A DNA stretch of 64,000 nucleotides, taken from Naegleria gruberi. Its lineage: Eukaryota. Positions 34,901 through 46,300 of the stretch are shown one piece after another. The DNA lies in the NCBI GenBank assembly GCA_000004985.1, contig GG738871.1. The stretch is one strand, 5' to 3'. Position 1 is the first letter of the stretch; every line of letters starts with the position of its first letter. The notes beneath the pieces were generated by a model. That model worked only from the letters and a program-made list of their open reading frames with translations. It was not told where the DNA came from and ran no database searches. A program made the position numbers and the translations under genes.

Positions 34901-37017
34901 CAAATGTTGGAACTGTTTGTAGCAGTAGAGGAACTTGTCAATCTCCAAACAATTGTTCATGCACTGATCCAAGTTCATATGGTGGTTCATATTGTGAAAA
35001 AGCAAAATGTTATGGAATTCTTCAAGGAGATTCAAATGTTTGCAGTGGGCATGGTACTTGCAGTGGTGTGAATCAATGTTCATGCAGTGCTGGATATGGA
35101 GGTGAACAATGTCAATATCCAAAATGTTTCACTATTTTGAGTAATGAAACAACAGTTTGTAACAATAGAAACGGTACATGTACTGCACCTGATACTTGTT
35201 CATGTAACAACGGATGGACTGGAAGCAAGTGTGATGTTGCCATTTGTTTTTCAATTCTCTCCAATTCAACAAAGGTTTGTTCAAACAAGAGAGGTAGTTG
35301 TGTCACACCAGATAATTGTGTTTGTAAAAGTCAATATTCAGGTTCTCAATGTGAATATACCACTTGTTCTGGAATAAGATCAGATCAAACATCGACAGTA
35401 TGTTATGGAAATGGTCAATGTATTGATTATAATACTTGTAATTGTACAACTGGTTATGGACCATCCAATGTATGTCAATATCCAATTTGTGGTGGCTATT
35501 TGGCAAATGATACAAGAGTTTGTAACAATTCAAGAGGTGTATGTTTGAGACCAAATGAATGTAGACCATTAGATCCCGTATGTTATGGTAAAGCTCAGAA
35601 TAATTCAATGGTTTGTAGTGGACATGGTTCATGTATCGATTGGGATTATTGTGAATGTAAAACTGGTTTCAATGGAAATGAATGTCAAAATTGGGAATGT
35701 TATGGAAAGAATTATACCAACTCAAATGTTTGTAACAATGGAAATGGTACCTGCTCATCTGTGAATAATTGTGTTTGTAACAGTGGATGGTATGGAAATG
35801 AATGTACAGTTCCAATGTGTAATGGAATTCTTGCAAATTCATCCCTAGTTTGTAACAATGGAAATGGTACCTGCTCCAAACCAGGTGCATGCCAATGTAA
35901 TACTGGATACACAGGATCTGACTGTTCCATTCCAATTTGTTATGGCAAATTAGGCACTGATACAAGTAATGTTTGTTCAGGAAGAGCAGACTGTATTGGT
36001 TATAACAAGTGTAATTGTGACACTTCCAAGTATAGTGGTTCACAATGTGAATATTTCAAATGTTTTGGTATTCCGTCAAATGATGCTTCAGTTTGCAGCA
36101 GAAACGGAACATGTTCAGGTGTGAATCAATGTTCTTGTAATTATGGTTATGGTTCTTCAAATTGTGACATTTTCACATGTTCAAATGTTCTTGCCACCAA
36201 TTCAAGTGTTTGCAGTGGAAAGGGTGTATGTTATGGAATTGACAAGTGTTCATGTGATTCAGGATATTTTGGATCAAATTGTGAAATTATCTCCTGTTAT
36301 GGAATTCCAAAGTCCAACAATACTGTATGTGGTGGAGTTGGTGAATGTTCACAACTTGATACATGTGTTTGTGGAAGCGGTTATAGAGGCTCAATGTGTG
36401 AATTATCTTACACCTCTTCATCTCAAGCAACACTTCAATTCAACAATACGAATGAATATGTGAATGAACAATTCACAAGCATGGTCACTTTGACAATTAA
36501 TAATCCACTCTTCGGCCAATATTATTTGAGAAGAAGTGTTCAAGTTGTTGTTTCATTTGAAATTAATTCACAATTCAGTTATTCTGAAACACTTTATATT
36601 GAAAATGGAGTTTCATCTGTTTCATTAATGGTGAAATCGTTGAGTCAAACTGGTACATTGAAAGCATCTGCTCAATTAATTGATAATAGCACATTGATTT
36701 CCATTTCAGATAGTATTCAATCTTCAAATAGCATTACAATTCAAAATAGACCTATTGTTGTTCCATCTACAAAGACATCCACAACCAAACCAACAACCTC
36801 TGCACAAACAAGTAGAGCTGTTATCGATACAGGAAGTAATGCAGGAGCCATTGCAGCTGGTGTTATTGTTCCAGTGGCAGTTATTGGAATTGGAGGTGGT
36901 GTCACTGCAGCCATTGTCACAGCAGTTGTTTTATTAAAGAAGAAGGCTGCTGCAGCTGCTGCCGCAGAAATTTCCCATGCTCAACACGTCAATGTTGAAC
37001 TTGTTGAAGGTTTCTAA
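31997..37017 (+). CDS. Large type-I membrane protein. Signal peptide, NHL-repeat region, about 38 tandem tenascin-type EGF modules, stalk, TM helix and a short poly-Ala/Lys tail. Exons 31997..32602, 32652..32768 and 32809..37017. There is an internal +1/+2 compensated frameshift at about 34420-34460.
   Basis: Signal peptide MMPRFSGCTLLTLFFIQSIVLIILLTQT. NHL-like ISDTGNGRVKVLD. The introns are GTAAGT..AG and were verified by hand. The EGF module is C.G..C....C.C...Y.G..C repeated. The C-terminus reads AGVIVPVAVIGIGGGVTAAIVTAVVLLKKKAAAAAAA. This is a paralog of the minus-strand gene at 10770..14504. Confidence 0.75.
33480..34560. repeat. Array of near-identical 93-nt EGF-module coding repeats. 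Stretches of about 89 nt are 100% identical, for example 33590-33678 and 34062-34150.
   Basis: Read directly. Long exact DNA repeats lie inside the CDS, consistent with recent duplication or gene conversion. This is a likely hotspot for assembly collapse. Confidence 0.8.
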
Positions 37018-37398
37018 TAAATCAAACTTTTCATCAGCTCTCTCAATAATTTATTTCTACCTTGCTCAATTCTTTCCACTATGTGCAACAATGGCAAATT
37101 GCCACAATAGAACATTGTAAAGAGATATGAAGATTCATATCTTCCACTAATCAACAACCAACAAACAAACTTAAAGACAATTTTACAATGCAAATCAAAT
37201 ACATACCCAAATCGAACCTTCTAGTAACTTTTCGCTTAACGAACTGTAACATGCATTAGCAAATTACTTCCACACTAGATATCGGCCAAACCAAATCGAC
37301 ATTTACCAAGTTGATAATTGACAAGATCATCTTCTACTCTGGGATCTGTTAAATACATGCTCTCTTGTGGAACATACATTACTTCATAACATAAAAAA

Positions 37399-39037
37399 AT
37401 GGTTTCGTCTACTAAGCAATTAACTATTGTTCTGACATTATTGTTTGCTTTTGCAATCATTAACATTTCACATGCTGCTGTTTATCAAGTGAAAGATGCT
37501 GTTACTTTGTGGAGTACTTTTGGTAAGCTCCAAGCTGGTAAGTTTCTAATAACAATGTTTGAATCAAATTAACAACCTCTTTGCATGTAATCGTGTCCGT
37601 TGGCATGTCAAAAACCTATTCGAAACTTGAATAGGTGACGAAATGATCATTAGACAAGGAACCTATTCCACATCCACAGGTGGATCTTACTATAGACAAT
37701 TCACATTGAGAGGTACATCCGCATTACCAATCAAAGTTTATGCTTGGAAAAACGAAACTGTCGAAATTAAGGGAGACGCAGCTGCCAGTCAAAATATTCT
37801 AAACTTTGATGTTGAATATTTTGTCATGGATAATCTTGGTTTCTCTCAAGGAAGTCGTGGTTTAAGATTTTTAAATTCGAAACATTCAGTTTATTCGAAT
37901 CTGAGAGTTAAAAACACTGGTGATGTTGGTATCTCCATGAATGATGGAAATGCGCTTTATCAAAACAATACATTCAGATATAATGAAGTTTCGTATACTA
38001 GAGGAACTGGTGAATGTTTCTATTTGGGTTGTAATAATGCTGGATGCAAGTTTATTTTCAATTTATTGGAAAATAACTATTGTCATCACACAAGCACTGC
38101 AGCCCAAGGAGATGGTATTGAAATCAAGACTGGAAGTTATGGAAATGTTGTTCGAAACAATGTCATTCATGATGGAAACTATCCTGGTATTACCTTATAT
38201 AGTACTTATTACAATGGTGTAGATAAGGATATTGGCATTGCTAATCCAAATATTATTGAAGGAAATATCATTTGGACTGTCAAAGACAATGGCATACAAG
38301 TGACAGGTAATGCCATTATAAGAAATAACATTATTTACAATGCAGGTGCAAGTGGAATTGCCATTCAAACCAATCAAGGAATTGTCGAAAATGTCAAAGT
38401 ATTGCACAATACAGTTGTCAAAGCAGGTGCTGCTTGTATTAGAGTGACAAATTCAGGTCCAGGAATTTTGATTGCAAATAATGCTGCCTATTGTGAAACA
38501 ACAAGTTCCGTTTATATTGCCTCAGCATTGCCTGCTGATGGAATTATCTCAAGAAATGTCATTCAGGGCTCGACTAATGTTCAAGTTGTGAATGGAACTC
38601 TCAATATTGGTAAATTCACAACTGATTTCCAAGGGAGTAGCGCCTTGCCATATAATGTGTTCCCAGTTGTTTCCAGTAATGTGCTTGGAAAGGCAGATTC
38701 AAAGTATGCTACCACTTATGATTTCAATTTTAATACTAGAAATGGGCCAACTTATGATTGTGGTGCTTATCAAGCTAATGGAGCTACTTCAAATCCTGGT
38801 TGGATTCCAACAACTGGTTTTAAGAATACTAATGCTCCAACTCCAGTCAATCCTGTAACTCCTGGTGCTTCAAAGACTCCAACTCCAGTCAATCCAGGCA
38901 CTTCAAAGACAACACCAACCAATCCAGCAAATAGTCCAACTGCAGTTAATTCAAACAAGAGAGTTAACAATGCGAATGTTTTGATGCAAAGTATTGCTGC
39001 CATGATTGTTGGTTTGCTTGTATTCATTGCTATTTAA
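37399..39037 (+). CDS. Secreted right-handed parallel beta-helix (PbH1/pectin-lyase-fold) repeat protein with a Pro/Thr-rich linker and a GPI-like C-terminus. Exons 37399..37537 and 37635..39037.
   Basis: Exon 1 reads MVSSTKQLTIVLTLLFAFAIINISHA (signal peptide). The intron has a GTAAGT donor and ATAG acceptor. The body has repeated NN.I.D.G..GI / GN.I.NN.I.N motifs. The end reads ...NVLMQSIAAMIVGLLVFIAI. Confidence 0.65.
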
Positions 39038-39228
39038 ATAAATTTAGTATTATTTAAAAGTCCTCATCCTCACTTCGTTAATGAAAAAGATGATTCACTA
39101 TTAAATATTAATATTTAATTATCCTAAAATCGTTACATCTATTGATGTTATTGAATAATAATTAATGATGGCAATTTTAATACATTTTCAATTTTATTAG
39201 AATAAACCTTAATAAGTTTTAGTCAAGT

Positions 39229-40956
39229 TTAAAAATCTCTTTCAACAAAATCCAAATTTCTCAACAATAACAATTCTTCTCTCTTCAACTCTGGAATGTT
39301 CAATTTGCTGACTGCTGATGAATATTCAGCCAACTTTTCGTGATTAATCTTTTGTTCCTTGCAATAATTAACCAAGAGATCATAGAAAAGAGGTAAATAT
39401 CTACCACTAGCTCCGTATTGTTCAGTGTGTAATTCAATGGCATTATCCAACAATGAAATAACTTCTTCTGTAGAGGCCTTTTCACCCAAAATTAAAACTT
39501 CAGCTTCTCTTCTTAACAGAGATGAATATGAAGGTGAGAAGTAACCATTATTGAATTGAAGCTCCTTAGATTGAGTAATATAATTCAAAGCAGCATCTAA
39601 TTGACCTCTAGAAATGAAAAGATCAACAAGATAATTGTTAACGAATTGTTTGACTTGAGGTGTTGTTTCTGGATTATCAATCTTGATCATCTTCATGTAT
39701 GAGTGTATATCTTGAGCAGCATTACGCTTCTTGGTGGCATAAAGAGTGTGATTGAGTAAGATGGTAGAAATTTGTTGAAGGTCCTTTGAGACAGTTGGGA
39801 AGTTTCTGGCAATTTGTTGTAAAGATTCAACATAGAGCTTACTGGCTTCATCTAATTGTTTACCTTGAACAGTCAAAATGGAAGCCTTGGAAAGCTTGTA
39901 CATGACACTGGAAAGAGAACCCAATAATTTAGCATCACGAAGTCTACTATCCAACCAAGAAACCATAGAATCAGCTGAACCTTCATTCTTGATAGAAATA
40001 TTGTATAAAACTTGAACAAGTGTAAGTTGAGTTTCAACTTCTAATCTATCCAATTGGTTTTCAATCTTCTTATTGATTGGTTCAACACCGAAATATTTAT
40101 CAAATTCTGGGACTTTTCTTCCAACAACTGGTACTCTAATATCTTGTTCTTGTTCCAATTCATAAATCTTATTAACAACTTCTTCAATAGTATCTTTAGA
40201 TTTCAGCTTCTTTTGATTTTCCTTGTATTCTTCCAAAGAAATACCAATAGTAGCAGCTTCCTTTTCCTCTCGATCGACTTCTTGTTGTCTCTTTTCGTAG
40301 AAAACTTTCATTTCAGAAATCTTGTTCAATAATTCTTCACAAGCAACTTTAGCAACTTCATAATCACCCAAACCAATAGCAGCTCTGATTTTAGATTTGT
40401 GAACAGCAAGTGAATAATACAATGGGAAGTTGTGGCTCTTTCCGAAATGTTCCTCTCCTACTAAAACATTGAAAAAGTTGTCGGCCTTTTCACCAATGAG
40501 TAATGGTTGGACCAACTTGAACAAACCATTATCAAGAGTAAGTTGTTGAATAGCAAGAACCCATTTTAAGAAGAGGGAGAAACGGGAGTTTAACTTGCTG
40601 ATATACTCTGCATCATAGGTGATGTTTGTTTCGGTGGTAATTTGTTCAATTTGTTGTTGGAAGGCAGCAATTTCGTTTTGAACGTGAGTTTGAATAGAGT
40701 AAAGATAGTAGAGTTGTTCTCTAGTTTTATCGGTGGTTCTCTTTTCCAAAGGTTCAACTTTCATTGCACTTAATTCATTAATTAAATCACCCAAGGACTT
40801 GCTACTAAAATCCAAATTTTGTTTAGCGTCCAAACAACGGAATTGTTGATGGAATGGACGAACATCAAGAGCGGAAACAACAAGTCTATTGAAAGCAACT
40901 TGTTGAGAACGCGACTTGGATAAGCATCGTGGGGTAGCGAAAAAGAGTTTTTTCAT
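39229..40956 (-). CDS. Hypothetical 575-aa helical protein, possibly mitochondrially targeted (Arg/Ser-rich N-terminus)
   Basis: ORF only, with no recognisable catalytic motif. Confidence 0.4.
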   Translation of the reverse strand: MKKLFFATPRCLSKSRSQQVAFNRLVVSALDVRPFHQQFRCLDAKQNLDFSSKSLGDLINELSAMKVEPLEKRTTDKTREQLYYLYSIQTHVQNEIAAFQQQIEQITTETNITYDAEYISKLNSRFSLFLKWVLAIQQLTLDNGLFKLVQPLLIGEKADNFFNVLVGEEHFGKSHNFPLYYSLAVHKSKIRAAIGLGDYEVAKVACEELLNKISEMKVFYEKRQQEVDREEKEAATIGISLEEYKENQKKLKSKDTIEEVVNKIYELEQEQDIRVPVVGRKVPEFDKYFGVEPINKKIENQLDRLEVETQLTLVQVLYNISIKNEGSADSMVSWLDSRLRDAKLLGSLSSVMYKLSKASILTVQGKQLDEASKLYVESLQQIARNFPTVSKDLQQISTILLNHTLYATKKRNAAQDIHSYMKMIKIDNPETTPQVKQFVNNYLVDLFISRGQLDAALNYITQSKELQFNNGYFSPSYSSLLRREAEVLILGEKASTEEVISLLDNAIELHTEQYGASGRYLPLFYDLLVNYCKEQKINHEKLAEYSSAVSKLNIPELKREELLLLRNLDFVERDF

Positions 40957-41132
40957 TTTTTTTAATTACAAAGAATTTTTATTTTTTTTTTTTAAAATTC
41001 TTTGTTAGTCCTGTTGCTATTCAGTTGTTGGGATTTATTTTCCAATCTAGCTATTTCGATAATTATTTTCCAACTCAATTGATGACAAAAATTTAAAACG
41101 TTTAATTTAAATATTTTTGTTTTCGGAAAGAT

Positions 41133-41567
41133 TTATTGTTTAACGGTTTCTTCAGTGAATTTACCCTTGTTGGCTTGGGTGGTTGTGGATCTAGCTTCAG
41201 CCTTTCTCTTCAACAAGTTCTTTCTATCCTTATCGAGATGGAGCTTAGTGATTTGTACAGTAGATGGCTTGACTGGGACATCGAAAGTCTTTCCACCGAG
41301 CTTATCACCTTGGACACCTTCAACGTAGACAGACCACTTCAATCTGACGACCTTCTTGACCTTACCGACAACACCTCTGAATTTACCCTTCAAGATCTTG
41401 ACTTCATCACCCTTTCTGATTGGGACGGCACGAACGTTATGTTCATCTCTCAACTTCTTGGTGAGAGGAGCACTCATGATGACTCTTCTAACAGAAGATG
41501 GGGCAGTGAAGTGTTGCTTTCTGGCCTTGCTTCTCTTGCTGGAGACAGCGGTGTTAACTTTAACCAT
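41133..41567 (-). CDS. RPL26: 60S ribosomal protein L26 (uL24)
   Basis: 144 aa. SKARKQHFTAPSSVRRVIMSAPLTKKLR...VPIRKGDEV (KOW motif)...DKDRK, collinear with eukaryotic L26. Confidence 0.9.
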   Translation of the reverse strand: MVKVNTAVSSKRSKARKQHFTAPSSVRRVIMSAPLTKKLRDEHNVRAVPIRKGDEVKILKGKFRGVVGKVKKVVRLKWSVYVEGVQGDKLGGKTFDVPVKPSTVQITKLHLDKDRKNLLKRKAEARSTTTQANKGKFTEETVKQ

Positions 41568-41750
41568 TGTGATGTATTTTTTTTTCGAACAAATTTTCAG
41601 GTTTACCTTCAGTATGTAATTTTACAATGAAAGCTGCGTCTGCTTGGAAGTGGCAGGAAAAAATTTAAACACCTTCATCAAAAGAATAAACACACAATCC
41701 TTGAACGAACCAAATAACATTTTGTTTTCTTCTTTGGGAAATCTTTTAAT

Positions 41751-42854
41751 TTATTTACTATCGCTCGATGATAATTGTTGTTGTTGGTCCAATGAACACT
41801 TTGGCTTCATAGTAAAATAGATACCATAGTGATCACTGCAAAACAAGTAATCTTTGGTGATGAAAGATAACCTCTGACTTTCCTCCTCCGAGAACAATAG
41901 CTTATTCTTCAATAACTTCTTGATGGAATTAGTTGCAAATAATCGTATAGCAGTGCAGGAGAGCTTAGATTCTGATGTTTTCCATTGTACTACTCGATCC
42001 AAACGTAATTGTTTATCAGCATCGGCAGCACTCATCTTTCCTAACATTGGATTTGTCTTACCATCCATTGTGTATCCCTTGTCTCCATTTGCTGTATGAA
42101 TATCAATCCACAAATCAGAAAATTCCTTAATGTGAGTAATGAAATTGGTCTCAAATGGCATATTCAAGTTAAAATCTCCCAGATAGATCAGCTCATTACA
42201 TGTATTCTTAGTGAGTTGCTTGGCTAGTTCATATAATTCTGCAACTTGCTTCTTTCTCACTTCAAAACATTCCTTCTTGGCTTTCAAGTGAACTGATCCG
42301 AAACAAATTCTAACACATTCTTCTTCTGATGTCTTGTAATCAGCAATTGAAAGAATGACCCTTCTGGAAAAGTTACTTGGGTAAGCAAACTTGTATTTGA
42401 GAAATCTGACATTGGTAAATTTGTGTTTCGATAACATGATCAAATTACCATAGGGAAAGACTGTAGAATGGCCAGAATCCTTCTTCTCACCCACTTCAAT
42501 TTCCGATAAGTAATAGTGATCTCTGACCCATTTCTCACTCATTAGTTTTGCAAGATATTGTGGAGTCATTTCACACAGAGTCAAGACATCCAATTGAAGT
42601 TTTTCCAACATTCTGATTTGAACACTGTATCGAATATCACTATACACAATATTATTCTGATAAATATCAAACAAGACATTAAAAGCAGCACACTTTAGCT
42701 CCTCGGAATTATATGTTACACTAGTATTGCTCCAATCCTTCTTTTCGTCCCATGTACTTGTCAATTCGTCATAGAAATACGCTGGTATAAATCTGAGATC
42801 GGTCTTTTCTGGTAATGTTATTTCATCCACCTTCTTATTATTTTCAGTAGACAT
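41751..42854 (-). CDS. Endonuclease/exonuclease/phosphatase (EEP) family protein, TDP2-like 5'-tyrosyl-DNA phosphodiesterase
   Basis: 367 aa. QLDVLTLCEM, LGDFNLN and a C-terminal FCSDHYGIYF (SDH catalytic triad) in the EEP order. Confidence 0.6.
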   Translation of the reverse strand: MSTENNKKVDEITLPEKTDLRFIPAYFYDELTSTWDEKKDWSNTSVTYNSEELKCAAFNVLFDIYQNNIVYSDIRYSVQIRMLEKLQLDVLTLCEMTPQYLAKLMSEKWVRDHYYLSEIEVGEKKDSGHSTVFPYGNLIMLSKHKFTNVRFLKYKFAYPSNFSRRVILSIADYKTSEEECVRICFGSVHLKAKKECFEVRKKQVAELYELAKQLTKNTCNELIYLGDFNLNMPFETNFITHIKEFSDLWIDIHTANGDKGYTMDGKTNPMLGKMSAADADKQLRLDRVVQWKTSESKLSCTAIRLFATNSIKKLLKNKLLFSEEESQRLSFITKDYLFCSDHYGIYFTMKPKCSLDQQQQLSSSDSK

Positions 42855-43364
42855 CTTTTTCCAATCCTCTCACTAAAATAATGACTATTATTGATACACA
42901 ATTAAAAGTACTATTGAACTTTGATGTAATTTTTTGTGTTATTTTTATATTTGTTGTTCTTGGGTGAGATGAATTTTGAATGTTGTTTTTAAATTCAAAT
43001 TCAAATTTGATTTTCTTTCTTCTTGGTGCAACCTGTTATCTTTCTAAAGGAACTGCTGATTAATTATTATATTGAATTTTTGTACTTGTCTATAATATTT
43101 CATCATAATATTAGGAATATTATTTGTAGTCTTTTAAATAAAGGCTTGGCTGATGATTCTTGTTTGGTTTATTCTTCATTCTATTTTCTTCCAAACGATC
43201 CTTGATTAATATAAAGCCAATAACCACTCCGAAAAGGAGAGTACCCCTCATCCAACGATTGTGAGTAGAAATTTCATTACGCAAATCAGTCATTTTTTAA
43301 TAATTTGAATTTTAATTGTTTTTTAATATTTTACATGTGAATTGTTGATTTATAAATTTCAAGA

Positions 43365-46300
43365 CTAATTGGAAACTGAGAGTAATTGTTGACGAGAAGT
43401 GTTCATTTGGGAAAGAGTGCTAGAATTGAGCGAATGGGATTGATTGAGGAGTGATTCAATACTGAACATGCTCTTTCTCTTTTCTGCATTGTTTCGATTG
43501 AGAGATTCGTTTGTTTGATTCCAATTCTTATTGATTGGTTGTGTTGAAGCATTGATTGGACTCATGTGCTCCCAGTGGTTAATGAATTTCTTAGAAAATT
43601 GATTAAATTCATCAGAGTTTGCATTTTGAGAGAGACCCTTCATGAGCGATTCAACATTCTTATTAGAAAGATCATTAAATTGCAACATTTCTATTGATTC
43701 CTTTTCCACTCTCAAAGACTCTACTCTATGTTCAGTAAATATAAATTTTACGAGTTGCTTTCTAACTCCTTCATACAGAGCCGATAAGTAAACCAAAGCA
43801 AATACTATATTCTCCAATGAATTATTCAACTCTTGAATCTTGGAGAGATTTTTCTTCTTTTCTCCTTTCAATAATCTTCTTTCATCAATAAGATCCACAA
43901 CCTTGCTCTTTACAATTGGTATCAACTTATTCTCCATTGCAATAGCAATGACATCCTTATATCTTTTCGAAAGTATCATCTTCTTCAATGAGGAAATGGT
44001 GCTAGCTGGCTCACTTCTCAACTTTTCATAAATTTTACTCAAAGATCTCAGACACTGACAGCAATAATAGGCAGATCTGAATTCAATCTGTGAAATCCAA
44101 ATTTTGATCAACTCGGTTAAATGTTTTTGATTATACGAAAAGAATGGAATGACATTCTGCATCAAAGTTACAAAATCATTCACTCTCATCGAGTTCTTAT
44201 CAAAGTTTTGAATAATATGAATTAAATCTGTTGTAATCTTGTTGTAAAAATCTGGATTCAAAAGGAGAGAAATATTGTTATTCTTAATATTGTGAACAAT
44301 AGTCTTGGTAATGGTTGTAATCTTGGAGCTGGAAACAATTTCACTTGTTTGGAATTTCAGAAATTGATAACTATATGGATCTGAAATCATGGTTGAAAGA
44401 ATTTCCATATAAGTATTTGTGAAAATTTCTGTAATATTCTTCATATCGACTGATGAATTTGTTTCAATTAATTCATCTAATTGTCTAATTTGACGAACCA
44501 AACATTTGAAAAAGTTCCAAAAGTATTCTTCGTGTGAAAGATAGCCACAAGCTTGCTTATCCTTCTTTACACATGTCAATATTGTCATGAGAGCCAATTG
44601 TTCTAATTCGATCATGTCAGCATTTCTTAAATCCTTCAAATTGACTTCCTTTCCTTGTCTTTCTGAATGAATTCTTACCATCATTTCACACAACATGTTC
44701 AGCAAACCTTCTTCTCTTATAATTTTCACAATTTCTTCTTTTTGTCTCGAGTAGACACATGTGAAATTCAACATCTTTACCGATTCAAGAATGATTAGAA
44801 TTGGATCGATTGGTTTTCCATTTCTTTCCAATACGAAAGAGAGAACATTCTTTTCATCTTTTAAAAATGTGAACCAATAATCAGCAATGAATGAAACTAA
44901 ATCTTTGATTTGCTTTCCTCTCACCTCTAGAACATGTCTGTTGTTGTAATCTGAAATTTGCTCTGATAAACTTTGGAATAATCTCTTCAATGTTGGATTG
45001 GAAATAATTTCTCTTGATTTGGAGAATGTGGAAAAATCAGGTTTCAAATTTTCCAAATTAAGGAAGTTAACAACTTTAATTTGTTTCTTGCTCATCAACT
45101 TCTTCGAGAAACTACTATCATTCTTATTGTTTTTATCTCTATAATCAATTGAATCATGATCCTTATCAAATGAAAAGTTAGTTGAGCAATCAGAGCTTCT
45201 ATATTTGGTTAAATATTCTCTTGTGCTCATAAATGAATCTTCCACGAGCCTGTACTGTTTCACAGAGATTGGATCCATCATTTTCGAATTTACATGTGCG
45301 AAAGAACTCAATCCATAACAAGCTGCATGATAAAGCATCTCACGAGGGGGAATTTCGAATGTGAAATCTTCATCCTCCATGTTATCAACATTGATATCCA
45401 TTTCGAGAATGTTAATGGATGGATCAGAGAAGATATCTTCATCAAGGGTGGGGTTGTTGAGGTAATCGAATTCTTCATCCATTGAGGAATCTTGAAGTTT
45501 AGTTGCATCAATGGAAGCAGAAATGATATCAAACATGGAAACAACTCTATTCGAAAAGACATCTTCGAAAGTGTCAGTAACAAAGTGAAGCTTTCTATTG
45601 AATTCATTCCTTTCGTGGGCGTTCAACGTGGTCAAAATCTGCAGAATTGTTTCGTCTGTCAAATAGACGAAATTGTCTCCCTTTACAATATCCCAAATAT
45701 CACAACCATTCTTTTGTAATTCTTGTTGATCTTCTATTTTCATCTTGTAACCATACTTATCATCTCCAGTGTAAAGATTAATCAACATTGGAAAACCAGT
45801 TTGTTTCAATTGACTCAAACATTGATTGAAAACTGTGTTTGAAGTTTTCTTTTCAATGCCAAATGTCATGCAGTGGATAAAGTATGATCTAGAAATGTAG
45901 CGAGATGTTAATTGTTCAAAGAGAGTGTCTTCAAAGCTTTCTAATGCATTAGGTAAATAATCTTCACCGAATTGTTGGACGAAATCTCCCAAAAGTAAAG
46001 TAAGGACTTTTGAGGTCGTTTTCATCATATCACAAGTGGAGGAAACCATTTCAAGGGGAGTCGAAACAAACATTGAATCGTCATATGTTTTGAAAGCGTT
46101 AACACTTTCGTATACTTTCATCACTTGTTCCACCATTTGAACTTGATCCAAACTCAACAAATCCTTAATGAGAATCATTTCATTCTGAGCATTAGATTGG
46201 ATAGCAATCATATTAAACAACTCTACAAATTGATCTGAAAGATTGTCAGCCTCTGTTTGAGTTGGAAGATCAAAAACAACAATTTCCTTAATTTGGGAAC

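Noticed and set aside
33452-36043. Several long ORFs overlapping the EGF-repeat gene in other frames or on the other strand: 33452..35071 (+, 539 aa), 34589..35122 (-), 35303..35632 (-), 35669..36043 (-), 35712..35930 (-) and 36143..36463 (+)
   Set aside because: They are compositional artefacts of the Cys-codon-rich (TGT/TGC/AAT) tandem repeats. The translations are low-complexity (V/I/M/H-rich or Y/H/N-rich) and repeat with the same period as the genuine EGF frame.
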